The notes under the pieces are model-generated. The model was not told the DNA's origin. It searched no databases and saw nothing but the letters and a program-made list of their open reading frames with translations. From the NCBI GenBank assembly GCA_016235455.1, contig JACRKZ010000018.1:66524-130523 (forward strand): a stretch of DNA of 64,000 nt. The letters run 5' to 3'. This DNA is from Armatimonadota bacterium. Its GTDB lineage: Bacteria; Armatimonadota; UBA10988. This document shows, piece by piece, positions 40,004 to 48,700 of the stretch. The stretch's first letter is position 1; each line of letters begins with the position of its first letter. A program made the translations under genes and the position numbers.

Positions 40004-41131
40004 ATGACCGCCGAGCCTATCTACCGCCGCATCGAATCCGACCTGCGCGCCGCGGTCGCCGCGCGCCGCTGGGCACCCGGCCAGATGCTGCCCAGCCGAC
40101 AGGCCTTGTGCCGCGAGTATGGCGTCGCGCTGGCCACGCTCCAGCGGGCGCTAGCCGGCCTGCTGGCCGACGGCACATTGCGCGCCGAGGACGGCCGAGG
40201 CACATTCGTGGCGACGGCCGCGCCCACGGCGCGGCCCCGCACGGCACGGCTGGGCATCGTGGCGGAGGCCGGCCAGCAGCCCAGCCCGCGCTCGGTGGTG
40301 ACCACCTGGGCGCCGCGGGTGGTGGAGAGCATCGAGCGCGCCGTGAGCCGCGCTGGCGGCGTCACCTCGGTCCACGGCTGGACCCACGGTGGCGACCTGT
40401 TCGTCGCCGTGCCCGCGGCCGTGCGTGACGCGCTGGCCAGCGGCGCCGACGCCGTGGCCGTGGTGGCCATCAACAACGAGATCGGCCTGGCCGAGGCCAT
40501 CGCCGGCGCCCTGCCCGACCGCGCCCTGCCACTGGTCATGATCACCCACGGCCGCATGGACGGGCCGCTGGCGCATGTGTTCTTCGACGGCTGGACCGGC
40601 GGGCACCTCGCCGCGGAGCATCTGGTCGCGCAGGGCTACCACCGGCTGGCGTTCCTGGCGCCGTACACCGCCGACTGGCTCCAGGTGCGCCTGGCCGGCG
40701 CCCAGAGCGCTGCCGCACGGCGCGAGCTGGTGCTGCGACTGGTCCCAGACGAGCCCGTGGCCTACGTTGGCCACCGCGCCGACCAGCGGCTCGGCGAGCA
40801 TTTGGCTACCGCGTTCCTGGCCGAGACGGTCCGCGCCGAACCCGGCCGCTGGGGCCTCATCGCGCCCAACGATGCCTGCGCCTATGGCGTACTGGCGGCC
40901 GCCCAAGCGCTCGGCCTGCGCGCGGGCCGCGACTTCGGCCTGGTCGGCTTTGACGACGATGTGGACTCGCGCCGGCTCGGCCTGACCACGCTGCGGCCGC
41001 CGGCCGACCAGCTCGGCGAGGAGGCATCGCGCCTGCTGCTGGCCCAACTCGACGGACAGCCGACGGCCCTCCAGGTCGGGCTTCGCCCCGATCTGGTCGT
41101 GCGCGGGAGCACCCAACGCGACGAGGAATGA
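40004..41131 (+). CDS. GntR-HTH / LacI-type effector domain transcriptional regulator
   Basis: PIYRRI...LPSRQALCREYGVA...GRGTFV; GHLAAEHLVAQGY, APNDACAYG, LVGFDD, LTTL, LVVRGST. Confidence 0.9.
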   Translation: MTAEPIYRRIESDLRAAVAARRWAPGQMLPSRQALCREYGVALATLQRALAGLLADGTLRAEDGRGTFVATAAPTARPRTARLGIVAEAGQQPSPRSVVTTWAPRVVESIERAVSRAGGVTSVHGWTHGGDLFVAVPAAVRDALASGADAVAVVAINNEIGLAEAIAGALPDRALPLVMITHGRMDGPLAHVFFDGWTGGHLAAEHLVAQGYHRLAFLAPYTADWLQVRLAGAQSAAARRELVLRLVPDEPVAYVGHRADQRLGEHLATAFLAETVRAEPGRWGLIAPNDACAYGVLAAAQALGLRAGRDFGLVGFDDDVDSRRLGLTTLRPPADQLGEEASRLLLAQLDGQPTALQVGLRPDLVVRGSTQRDEE

Positions 41132-43032
41132 CCATGCGCCTCTGGCTGTGCCTGTTGCTCTGCGGCGCCCCAGCGCTGGCCGATATGCCGCACGGGTATG
41201 TCACCGACTGGATCGGCAACACGTTCCCTGGCCTCGGCCCCAATGGCCAAGGCGAGTGGGTGCAGAACATGGTGCAGGGCTTCTGCGTCAGCCCGGACGG
41301 CACGGCCATTGCCGCCTCGGAGTGGGATGAAGCCGGGCGCTGCACCGGCCTCTATCGCGACGGCCACGCCAACCACCGGCTGCTTCAGCAGTACAACGGC
41401 AAGGGCGGCCACAAGGCCTGGGGCTGGGGCACCGCGGGTACTGCCGTCGCCGTCCTGGGCGATCGCATCTGGCTGGCCAACACCGAGGGCGAGTTGCTGC
41501 GCTTCAGCTGGAAGCCCGGCGACCCCGAGTCAGCGACCTACGTCGACCAGGCCACGGTGGGCAAGGCCGCCGCATTGGCCGCGCGCGGTGAGCTGCTGGT
41601 CGTACTGGGCGTGGACGGCATGGTGCAACTACGCCGAACGGCCGACAGCGTCGAGACGAGCCGCTTCAGCTTGCCTGGAGCCAGACATGTGGCCATCGCT
41701 CCGGACAACACGCTGTGGCTCATCGTCGGCACCAAGGTCGTGCACCGCGGGCTCCGTGGCGAAGTCTTGGCCAGCGGCGTCGACGAGCCTCAGCAACCTT
41801 CGCACCTGGCCTTCTGCCCGTCGGGCCGGCTGTTGGTCTGCGACGATGGGCCGCGTCAGCAGCTGCTCATCTACTACCTGACCCCCAAGGTCCGCCTGGT
41901 CGGCGCATTCGGCGATGAAGGCGGCCTGCGCGCCGGCACGCCCGGCCGCGTCACACCGACTAAGCTATGGGGCCTGCGCGGCGCCGGCGTCGACGCAGAG
42001 GGCAACGTCTATCTGGCCCTCTGCCAGAGGCACCAAGGCGGTGGCACCACGCTGCGCAGCTACACCGCGGCCGGCCGGTTGCGCTGGGAGGTGCAGTCGC
42101 TCGCCTTTGTCGACTGCTTCGACTTCGACCCGAAGTCGGACGGCAGGACGATCTACGGCACCGAGGAGATCATCGACTACGACCCCGCCGCCAAGCCCGG
42201 CGCCGGATGGAAGCTACGCTCGCTGACGCTCGACCCAAGCCGATACCCGGACGATCCCGGCGTCACCGGAGTGCGCGGCTCGACGGGCATCCTGCGCTGG
42301 GTCGAGGGTCGGCGCTTGCTGTATGTCATCGGCCAGATGGCTGGCGGCGTCGATGTCTACGCCTTCGAACCGCCGCCCAGCGATGTCAGCTACCATGTCG
42401 CGCGGCTCGGACCGAAGCGCGACGGCGGCTGGGCCTGGGACGTCGACGCGCGCGGCGATGTCTGGTGCGGCGATGCGCCGGGCAAGAGCATCCTTCGCTA
42501 CCGCTTCGCCGGCTGGCAGACCGATGGCAGACCCCGCTTCGCCGAGCCCGAGAGTTGGCCTCAGCCGGAGGGTTTCGACGAGGTCGGACGGGTAGTCTAC
42601 GTGCCCGATGCCGACACGCTGTACGTAGCGGGCTACACACCCGAGCGCCGCCGCAAGTCGTGGGGCCTGATTGGCAGCGTGCTGCGGCGCTACGACCGGT
42701 TCACAGCCGGTGGCCGCGCGGCACGCTGGACCGTCGATCTGCCCACCGACGACGAGCAACTCCACCCCAAATGCCTGGACGTGGCCGGTGACTTCGTGTT
42801 CACCGTGCAGGTCAAGCCGACCAACGGCCGGTCGGCGCTGGTCACGGTGCTGCGCACGACCGACGGTACCGTCTACGGCACGATGGCGCCCGGCCCCGAG
42901 GTCGGCGACAACAGCGGCTGGATCGACCAGACCCACGGTCTGCGGGCCCTGCGCCGAGCCGATGGCAGCTACCTGGTGCTCGTGGAAGAAGACTGGCGCG
43001 GCAAGAACCTGGTCTATCGGTTCGCGCCCTGA
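41128..43032 (+). CDS. Secreted beta-propeller (NHL/SMP-30-like) protein
   Basis: Signal peptide; repeated blade-like motifs (VAIAPDNTLW, LAFCPSGRLLVCD, GVDAEGNVY, DVDARGDVW); ATGA coupling to the regulator. Confidence 0.65.
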   Translation: MTMRLWLCLLLCGAPALADMPHGYVTDWIGNTFPGLGPNGQGEWVQNMVQGFCVSPDGTAIAASEWDEAGRCTGLYRDGHANHRLLQQYNGKGGHKAWGWGTAGTAVAVLGDRIWLANTEGELLRFSWKPGDPESATYVDQATVGKAAALAARGELLVVLGVDGMVQLRRTADSVETSRFSLPGARHVAIAPDNTLWLIVGTKVVHRGLRGEVLASGVDEPQQPSHLAFCPSGRLLVCDDGPRQQLLIYYLTPKVRLVGAFGDEGGLRAGTPGRVTPTKLWGLRGAGVDAEGNVYLALCQRHQGGGTTLRSYTAAGRLRWEVQSLAFVDCFDFDPKSDGRTIYGTEEIIDYDPAAKPGAGWKLRSLTLDPSRYPDDPGVTGVRGSTGILRWVEGRRLLYVIGQMAGGVDVYAFEPPPSDVSYHVARLGPKRDGGWAWDVDARGDVWCGDAPGKSILRYRFAGWQTDGRPRFAEPESWPQPEGFDEVGRVVYVPDADTLYVAGYTPERRRKSWGLIGSVLRRYDRFTAGGRAARWTVDLPTDDEQLHPKCLDVAGDFVFTVQVKPTNGRSALVTVLRTTDGTVYGTMAPGPEVGDNSGWIDQTHGLRALRRADGSYLVLVEEDWRGKNLVYRFAP

Positions 43033-43034
43033 CC

Positions 43035-43961
43035 CTACTGCGCCGCAGGCGCAGCCTTGAGCAGCCGGCCAAAGAAGGCGACCGTCTCCCGGATGAAGGT
43101 CTCGACATTGGCCTTCTGGCCAAAGCCGTGGCCTTCGCCGTCGAAGGCGTACAGCTTCACATCCCGGCCGGCCTGGCGCAAGGCAGCATCGAACCGCACC
43201 GCCTGATCGACGTTGACGATGGTGTCCGCCTTGCCGTGGAAGATGAGCATGGGCGAGGTCTTGGCGTCGATGTGGTAGATCGGCGACGCCTCGCGAATCA
43301 GCTCCGCAGCCTGGTCGCGCGGCTTGCCCTGCAGCAGGTTCTGCGTGACCACCTTGACCCAGCCGGCGTCCTTGCTGCCCTCGGGCGCGATATCCACCGC
43401 GAAGTCGGTCGGCCCCGAGATGTCCACCACGGCCTCGGGTCGGCTGCTGAACCCGGCCAGGTCGGCATCGCTGTTGTCGCGCGTATCCATCGTGCCGAGA
43501 CAGGCCACCAGATGCCCGCCGGCCGACCCGCCGAGCACACCGACATGCTTGGCATCGAGCTTGAACCGATCGGCATGGGCACGCACCCAGCGCACGGCGC
43601 GCTGGCAGTCGTCAAACGGCGCGGGCCAGGGGTTGGTCACGGGCCGGCCGGCCTCGGCCGGCTTGACCAGCCGATAGTCAATGCTGAAGCAGACGTAGCC
43701 TTGCGCGGCCAGACCCTTGGCCATGTCGCGGTAATCGGCCCGGCTGCCCGCTGCCCAGCCGCCGCCATGGATGAAGATGACCGCCGGCAACACTCGCTCG
43801 TCGTTCGGTCGAAAGCTGTCCAGCAACAGATCGGTATCGCCGGCGCGCCCGTAGACGATGTCCAACTCGGTCGTCAGCGGAGCCTGGGCTGCACAGCCGG
43901 TGCAGAGCAGGGCCAGCGAGAGCAGCAGAAGGAGCATTCGGCGCAAGAGCGGTCTCCGCAT
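43035..43961 (-). CDS. Alpha/beta hydrolase (acetyl/feruloyl esterase-like), probable lipoprotein
   Basis: HGGGW, IDYRL, GGSAGGH, HGKADTIV, GEGHGF; LLCTGC lipobox-like signal. Start uncertain (43961 or GTG ~43979). Confidence 0.85.
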   Translation of the reverse strand: MRRPLLRRMLLLLLSLALLCTGCAAQAPLTTELDIVYGRAGDTDLLLDSFRPNDERVLPAVIFIHGGGWAAGSRADYRDMAKGLAAQGYVCFSIDYRLVKPAEAGRPVTNPWPAPFDDCQRAVRWVRAHADRFKLDAKHVGVLGGSAGGHLVACLGTMDTRDNSDADLAGFSSRPEAVVDISGPTDFAVDIAPEGSKDAGWVKVVTQNLLQGKPRDQAAELIREASPIYHIDAKTSPMLIFHGKADTIVNVDQAVRFDAALRQAGRDVKLYAFDGEGHGFGQKANVETFIRETVAFFGRLLKAAPAAQ

Positions 43962-44017
43962 CCAACGTTCGTCCAACACCTCTCCGCTCCTGCCTCCGCC
44001 ATACGCGGTCACCAGGA

Positions 44018-44093
44018 GCCAACGGGTACTGGGTCGACTACGGACGGACGGAGGACACGCCGGCCGTCGTAGATCGAGCCTGTACCCGTTGGC
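44018..44093. other. Long intergenic stem-loop
   Basis: Perfect 12-bp outer stem GCCAACGGGTAC/GTACCCGTTGGC plus inner TCGA, CTACG/CGTAG and ACGG/CCGT pairs. Confidence 0.7.
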
Positions 44094-44129
44094 GCCGTCG
44101 CGGCGGACCAGCCGACCGACCGCGTTGTC

Positions 44130-44155
44130 GGGCGACCACAGAGGGTCGCCCCTAC
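44130..44155 (-). repeat. GTAG-family REP element overlapping the exbD stop codon
   Basis: Minus strand GTAG-GGGCGACC-CTCTGT-GGTCGCCC. Confidence 0.75.
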
Positions 44156-44658
44156 GGGGCGGTCGCCGGCGCCGCCGGCTGCGGCGGTGCTGGCGCGGCA
44201 GGAGCCGGCGCCGCCGACGGGGCGGCCGCCGTGGCCAGGCAGGTATTCGGCATGCCCGCGCTGAGCGCGGCATCCATCGCCGACACCAGGTACTGGCCGG
44301 TGGTCTCTTTGTCCATTTCGATGATGACCAACTGCTGCGGGCTCTTGGCCACGGACTTGAGCTGGGCGCTGAGCTGCGCGGGCGCCACGTTCTGTCCGTC
44401 CACCGAGAACTGGCCCTCGCGCGAGATGGCCACGCGGATACCGCCCAGGGCGTTGAGGTCCTCGACGTTGGAGGCCGAGGGCAGGTTGAGGTTCATGCCC
44501 TGGTCCTGGCGGTTGATGAACTGCGCGGTGACCATGAAGATGATGAGCAACACGAGCATCACGTCGGTCAGCGGCGTGATGTTGATCTCGGTGAAGTTGC
44601 CGTAGCGCGACGACCGTCGCCGGCCGCCACGGCGGGATCTGGTGCCTCCGATGGCCAT
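44152..44658 (-). CDS. exbD: Biopolymer transporter ExbD/TolR
   Basis: EINITPLTDVMLVLLIIFMVTA, LNLPSA; Pro/Ala-rich tail. Confidence 0.9.
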   Translation of the reverse strand: MAIGGTRSRRGGRRRSSRYGNFTEINITPLTDVMLVLLIIFMVTAQFINRQDQGMNLNLPSASNVEDLNALGGIRVAISREGQFSVDGQNVAPAQLSAQLKSVAKSPQQLVIIEMDKETTGQYLVSAMDAALSAGMPNTCLATAAAPSAAPAPAAPAPPQPAAPATAP

Positions 44659-44661
44659 GGT

Positions 44662-45276
44662 TCAGCTCCTCTTGGGCGCTTCCAGTAGCGAGCAGACCTC
44701 GTCGCCGGCCAGGTCCATCTCCAGCGAGAAGTGGTCCACGGCATTGTTGAGCACGTTGTAGGCGATGACCGAGACAATGGCCAGACCGAGGCCGACGGCG
44801 GTGGCCACCAGCGCCTCGGAGACGCCCTTGCCGACCACGCCGATGCCGGCGTTGTTCTGCAGGCCGATGGCCTGGAAGGCCTTCTGGATGCCGATGACCG
44901 TGCCGAACAGACCGATGAACGGCGCGGTGGCGCTGATCGTGCCGAGCACGTACAACCGCTTCTCCAGCAACGCCGACTGCAAGGCCTTCATGCGGTCCAG
45001 CGAGGCATGGAGTTCGGCGGGCGTGCTGTGCTCGACGGTCATCAGCGCGTGGCGCACGACTCGTACCACGGGTCCGCGGTAGGCACCTGTGGCTGTCGTC
45101 GCCTCTTCCAGCCCACCCCGCCGCAGCGCCGCGGTCACATCGTCCAGCAACGCCTCGCGGTTGCAGCGCGCGGACGCGAAGTACACCGCGCGGTCGATGA
45201 TGACCGCCACGGCGGCGATAGAGCAGAGAACCAGGGGCCAAATGGACACCCCGCCGTCGCGCAACAACTGGAACAT
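44662..45276 (-). CDS. exbB: ExbB/TolQ proton channel family protein
   Basis: LGTISATAPFIGLFGTVIGI, GVSEALVATAVGL; GGAGG SD before ATG 45276. Confidence 0.9.
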   Translation of the reverse strand: MFQLLRDGGVSIWPLVLCSIAAVAVIIDRAVYFASARCNREALLDDVTAALRRGGLEEATTATGAYRGPVVRVVRHALMTVEHSTPAELHASLDRMKALQSALLEKRLYVLGTISATAPFIGLFGTVIGIQKAFQAIGLQNNAGIGVVGKGVSEALVATAVGLGLAIVSVIAYNVLNNAVDHFSLEMDLAGDEVCSLLEAPKRS

Positions 45277-45352
45277 CGAGACCTCCGCGTACCTTCGGAT
45301 TGGACACCGAACGGCGTTCGAGGTTCCGTGGTGGGCGGCGGAGTCGACCGCG

Positions 45353-45691
45353 CTATCGACCTGCCGCGCGACGGCGCCGGAGCCGGCGGAGCGCCCACAC
45401 CAGCAGCAGCGTCGCTGGCACCAGGCTGAGCAAGCCGACATCGGCGGTCATCCAGCCCCATGCGTCCAGGATAACCAGCTCCCCGCGGATGGGCGTCGGC
45501 GCGGGCCGGTGGATGGCGCACCAGCCGCCACCCAGCAACCAGACGACAGCCACCGACGCGCAGCCGATCTCGTCGCGCCGGCCGACGAACTCGGGCCTGC
45601 GACGGGTGCCACAGTGGCCGCACACCGTGGCTCCGCCGTCCATCGACGCGCCGCAATGGCCGCAGGTTGTCGTCGTGTCCTCGCCTATCAC
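45353..45691 (-). CDS. Small zinc-ribbon membrane protein
   Basis: CGHCGA...CGHCG followed by two hydrophobic segments; 10 nt downstream of the DUF4132 gene. Confidence 0.65.
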   Translation of the reverse strand: MIGEDTTTTCGHCGASMDGGATVCGHCGTRRRPEFVGRRDEIGCASVAVVWLLGGGWCAIHRPAPTPIRGELVILDAWGWMTADVGLLSLVPATLLLVWALRRLRRRRAAGR

Positions 45692-45701
45692 GCCGCCCTG
45701 C

Positions 45702-48700
45702 TCAGCCGCGAATCGCCGACAGAATGCTCGGGTCCTTGATCTGCTCGTCGCGCGCCAGCATCAACACCTTGGAGAGCACCTCAGCCGTCTTCGGATCATC
45801 GTCGGCAAACGGCAGGAACAGCCGCCCGCGATGCTGGCTGTGCACTGGCACGATGAACAGCATCCCGCCGGGCATCTTGTGCGTCACGGCGCTGCCCAGA
45901 TGCACCGAGTACTTGCCGAAGTGGCCGTCGATGTAGACATGCCGGTCCTCGGCGCGCACGTTCTCGATGCCCATCAGCGCGCACAGCTCGCGCAGCAGCA
46001 TGGCACGCAGTTCCACGGTGCTGGCCGTGGCTTCGGGGTCGACCCCGCCGCGATGGGCTACGCTGACCACCAGGTCGAGATCGCGCATGGCCTCTGAGAA
46101 GATGATCGGCGGCACCTCGGCCAGCGGCACGGGCTGCCATTCGCCACGTTTGGCGAAGTGGACCGACTCCAGCGTCAGGCCCTCCACCTCGGCGGGCGTC
46201 CAGAACGGCTCGGCGAACTCGATCCACGCCGACAGCCCTGCCTCGTGCCAGGTGCGGCGCACACCGCCTTCGGGGTCATGCACCCACCCCCGCCCGCCGA
46301 GCAGTGCCAGTGCCTGGCGCGGCTGCACCTGATGCCCCGCGTAGCGCCGCGTGCCGCCGCTCTCCTCGCGTTCGGTCTGGGTCAGTGGGTAGAGCTCGCG
46401 GAAGATCTGTTTGAACGGCTGCACGCGCTGGGCGGCGAAGCACTCGTGCTGCCACTGGTGCCACTCGCCGCCGGCCAGCAGGTCCACCGGATGGGCCAGC
46501 CGCACCGGCTCGTCGTGGCCCAGCGGATGCAGCGCGCCGGCATGGTCGCGCAGGGCCCGACCGCCCTCCGCGGGATAGCCGGCAATACCCTCGCCCAGCC
46601 ACAGGAGGCCCGTCAGCGACGGCGCGAGCAGCGGGTGTTCCAGCAGGTCGCCAAGCTCGCGGCCTCGGAAGACGTCGCCGCGACACATCGACTGCTCCAG
46701 CGCGCCCTTCATGCGCGAGGCGGCGCGGTCCAGGCTCGTCTTGCGCGCCTTCAGCTCTGCCACGGCCGGGTCTTTGCCCACCGGGCCGGGGATCGACTTG
46801 AGTGCCTTGCCGGCTTTGGTGGCGGTCAGCTCCGGCCGGCCGTCGGCGCTTATGCTCAGCGCCACGCTAGTCTCGCCGACGGTGACCGTCACCGGCCCGG
46901 CCTTGAGGTCGGCCACGGCGCGGGCCTCCATGGCCCACTGCAGACGTAGCGGGTCGGGGTAGCCGGCGGTGCGGGCGAGGTTGTCCAGTGCCACGGCGCA
47001 AGCACGCTTCTCGCTCTCCTGGCGTTGCGCCCCGAACTGCCGGGCCGTGCGCTGGAACTCGGCGATGATCTCATAGCGGGCCAGGACCTCGGGCTCACGC
47101 GCGTCGCCCTCGGGCAAAGGCACCAGGCCCAGCGCCCGCAGCGAGTCCTGGTTGCGCTTGTCGGTGACGCGCGCGCGCAGGTCGTCCGCGGCGGCCCGAC
47201 CGAGCATGGCGTCGGCATACAGCTTGGCCCGCGCATGTCCGGTGCCCGACGAGCCAAACTTGGCCGCGTCGTAGAGGTGGCGGAAGCGCTGCTCGCCCAG
47301 CGTGGCGTGGACCTTGCCGAACCAGGCCACATCCACGGCGCCGTCGAGCAGGTCCTGGCTGGTCAGGGGTGTGTGCTCGGTGACCTTGGCCGCCCAGGCC
47401 GAGCGGATGTCCTCGGCCATCTCCCAGCGATTGTCCTTGGTATGGGCATAGAGCCACCACACGCCGGACTCGAACCCCTCCCAGCCAAGCGCAGCGCCCA
47501 CATGCGCGGCCCACTGGGGCGCCAGCAGTGCCGCGTCGCACAGGAGTTGGTCGGGCAGCCTGGCGGTGCGCAGTGCGTCAGCGGTGGCGTCGACGGTATC
47601 GGTCTCGGCTGGGAAGCAGCCGCGCAGCACGCCGCTGAGCACACCGCCCTTGCTCTCATCGCCCCAGGCAGCCCGCCGGAAGCCATCCTTGCCCAGGCTG
47701 GTCAGGATACGCAGTAGCGTGGCCGCGCCGCGGACCGTGCTGATCGACTTCACGTAGGCCGTCGCCGGCGTGGGCCGGTCACCCCGCGCCAACTCGATGT
47801 CGAGCAGGCGCGCACACGCGCGTTCCACCAGCGGCCTCAGACCCGGCGACCCGGCCAGGTCCAGGGTCAGGTTGCGCTGGGTGCAGGCGTGGAGCCACTG
47901 CGCATGGCCCTGGGCCGGGCCGACGAGGTAGTCAAGGATGTCAGCTTCGCCGATGGCGCCGGCGTCAAACGCCGCCAGGGCGTCGGCGAACTCCGGGCGG
48001 TCGCGGGGGACCTCCGCCGTCGGGTCATCGTCATCGTCGTCGCTCGCGACGCGGGCCACCTTGGCCAGCAGGCGGCTCACCTTGCCCGTGAGCCGGGCGG
48101 CGGCGCCGTGGCCGCCGGCGGCGATGGGCTGGCCCAGCCACACCTGCAGCTGGAACAGGCGCAAGCGCTGCTCGGGGCTCCAGGCCGCCTGGTCCAGTCG
48201 CCGGTGCGCGCCACAAGGCCCGACGAGCGGCCGCTTGAGCATGCGAATGGCCGGCTGACCCCAGCCCCAGAACTCGCGGTGCGGCCGTCTGGCGTCATCA
48301 GGGACGGTGTGCATGGCTGTCTCGGCCGCGTCCAGCAACCACTGTGACGTTGCCGCCGCAGGCGGCGGCGCGAGCGCCATGAGCCAGTTGAGGACCGGCA
48401 CCAGCCACCGGATCCAGTCGTTGTCACGTGGCGGTCGCTCACCGATGAGGCCAGCCAGCCAGGACTTCAACGGCTTCCAGGACGGCCCATCCACATAGGC
48501 CAGCTCCGCGCCGAGCCCGGCAATCCACCAGGCACGCGCCAGTTCCAGGCCGTCGGCGTCGCGCATGGCCGCGGGTCGCCGCGCATACCAGTCCAGCCAC
48601 ACGTCCATCAGCGGCAGCTTGTCGGCGGTCCGCTCGGCCGCGGGCAACGCGACCGGATCGCCATGGCTGGGATAAGCGGACGCCAGCGGCTCGGTGCGCG

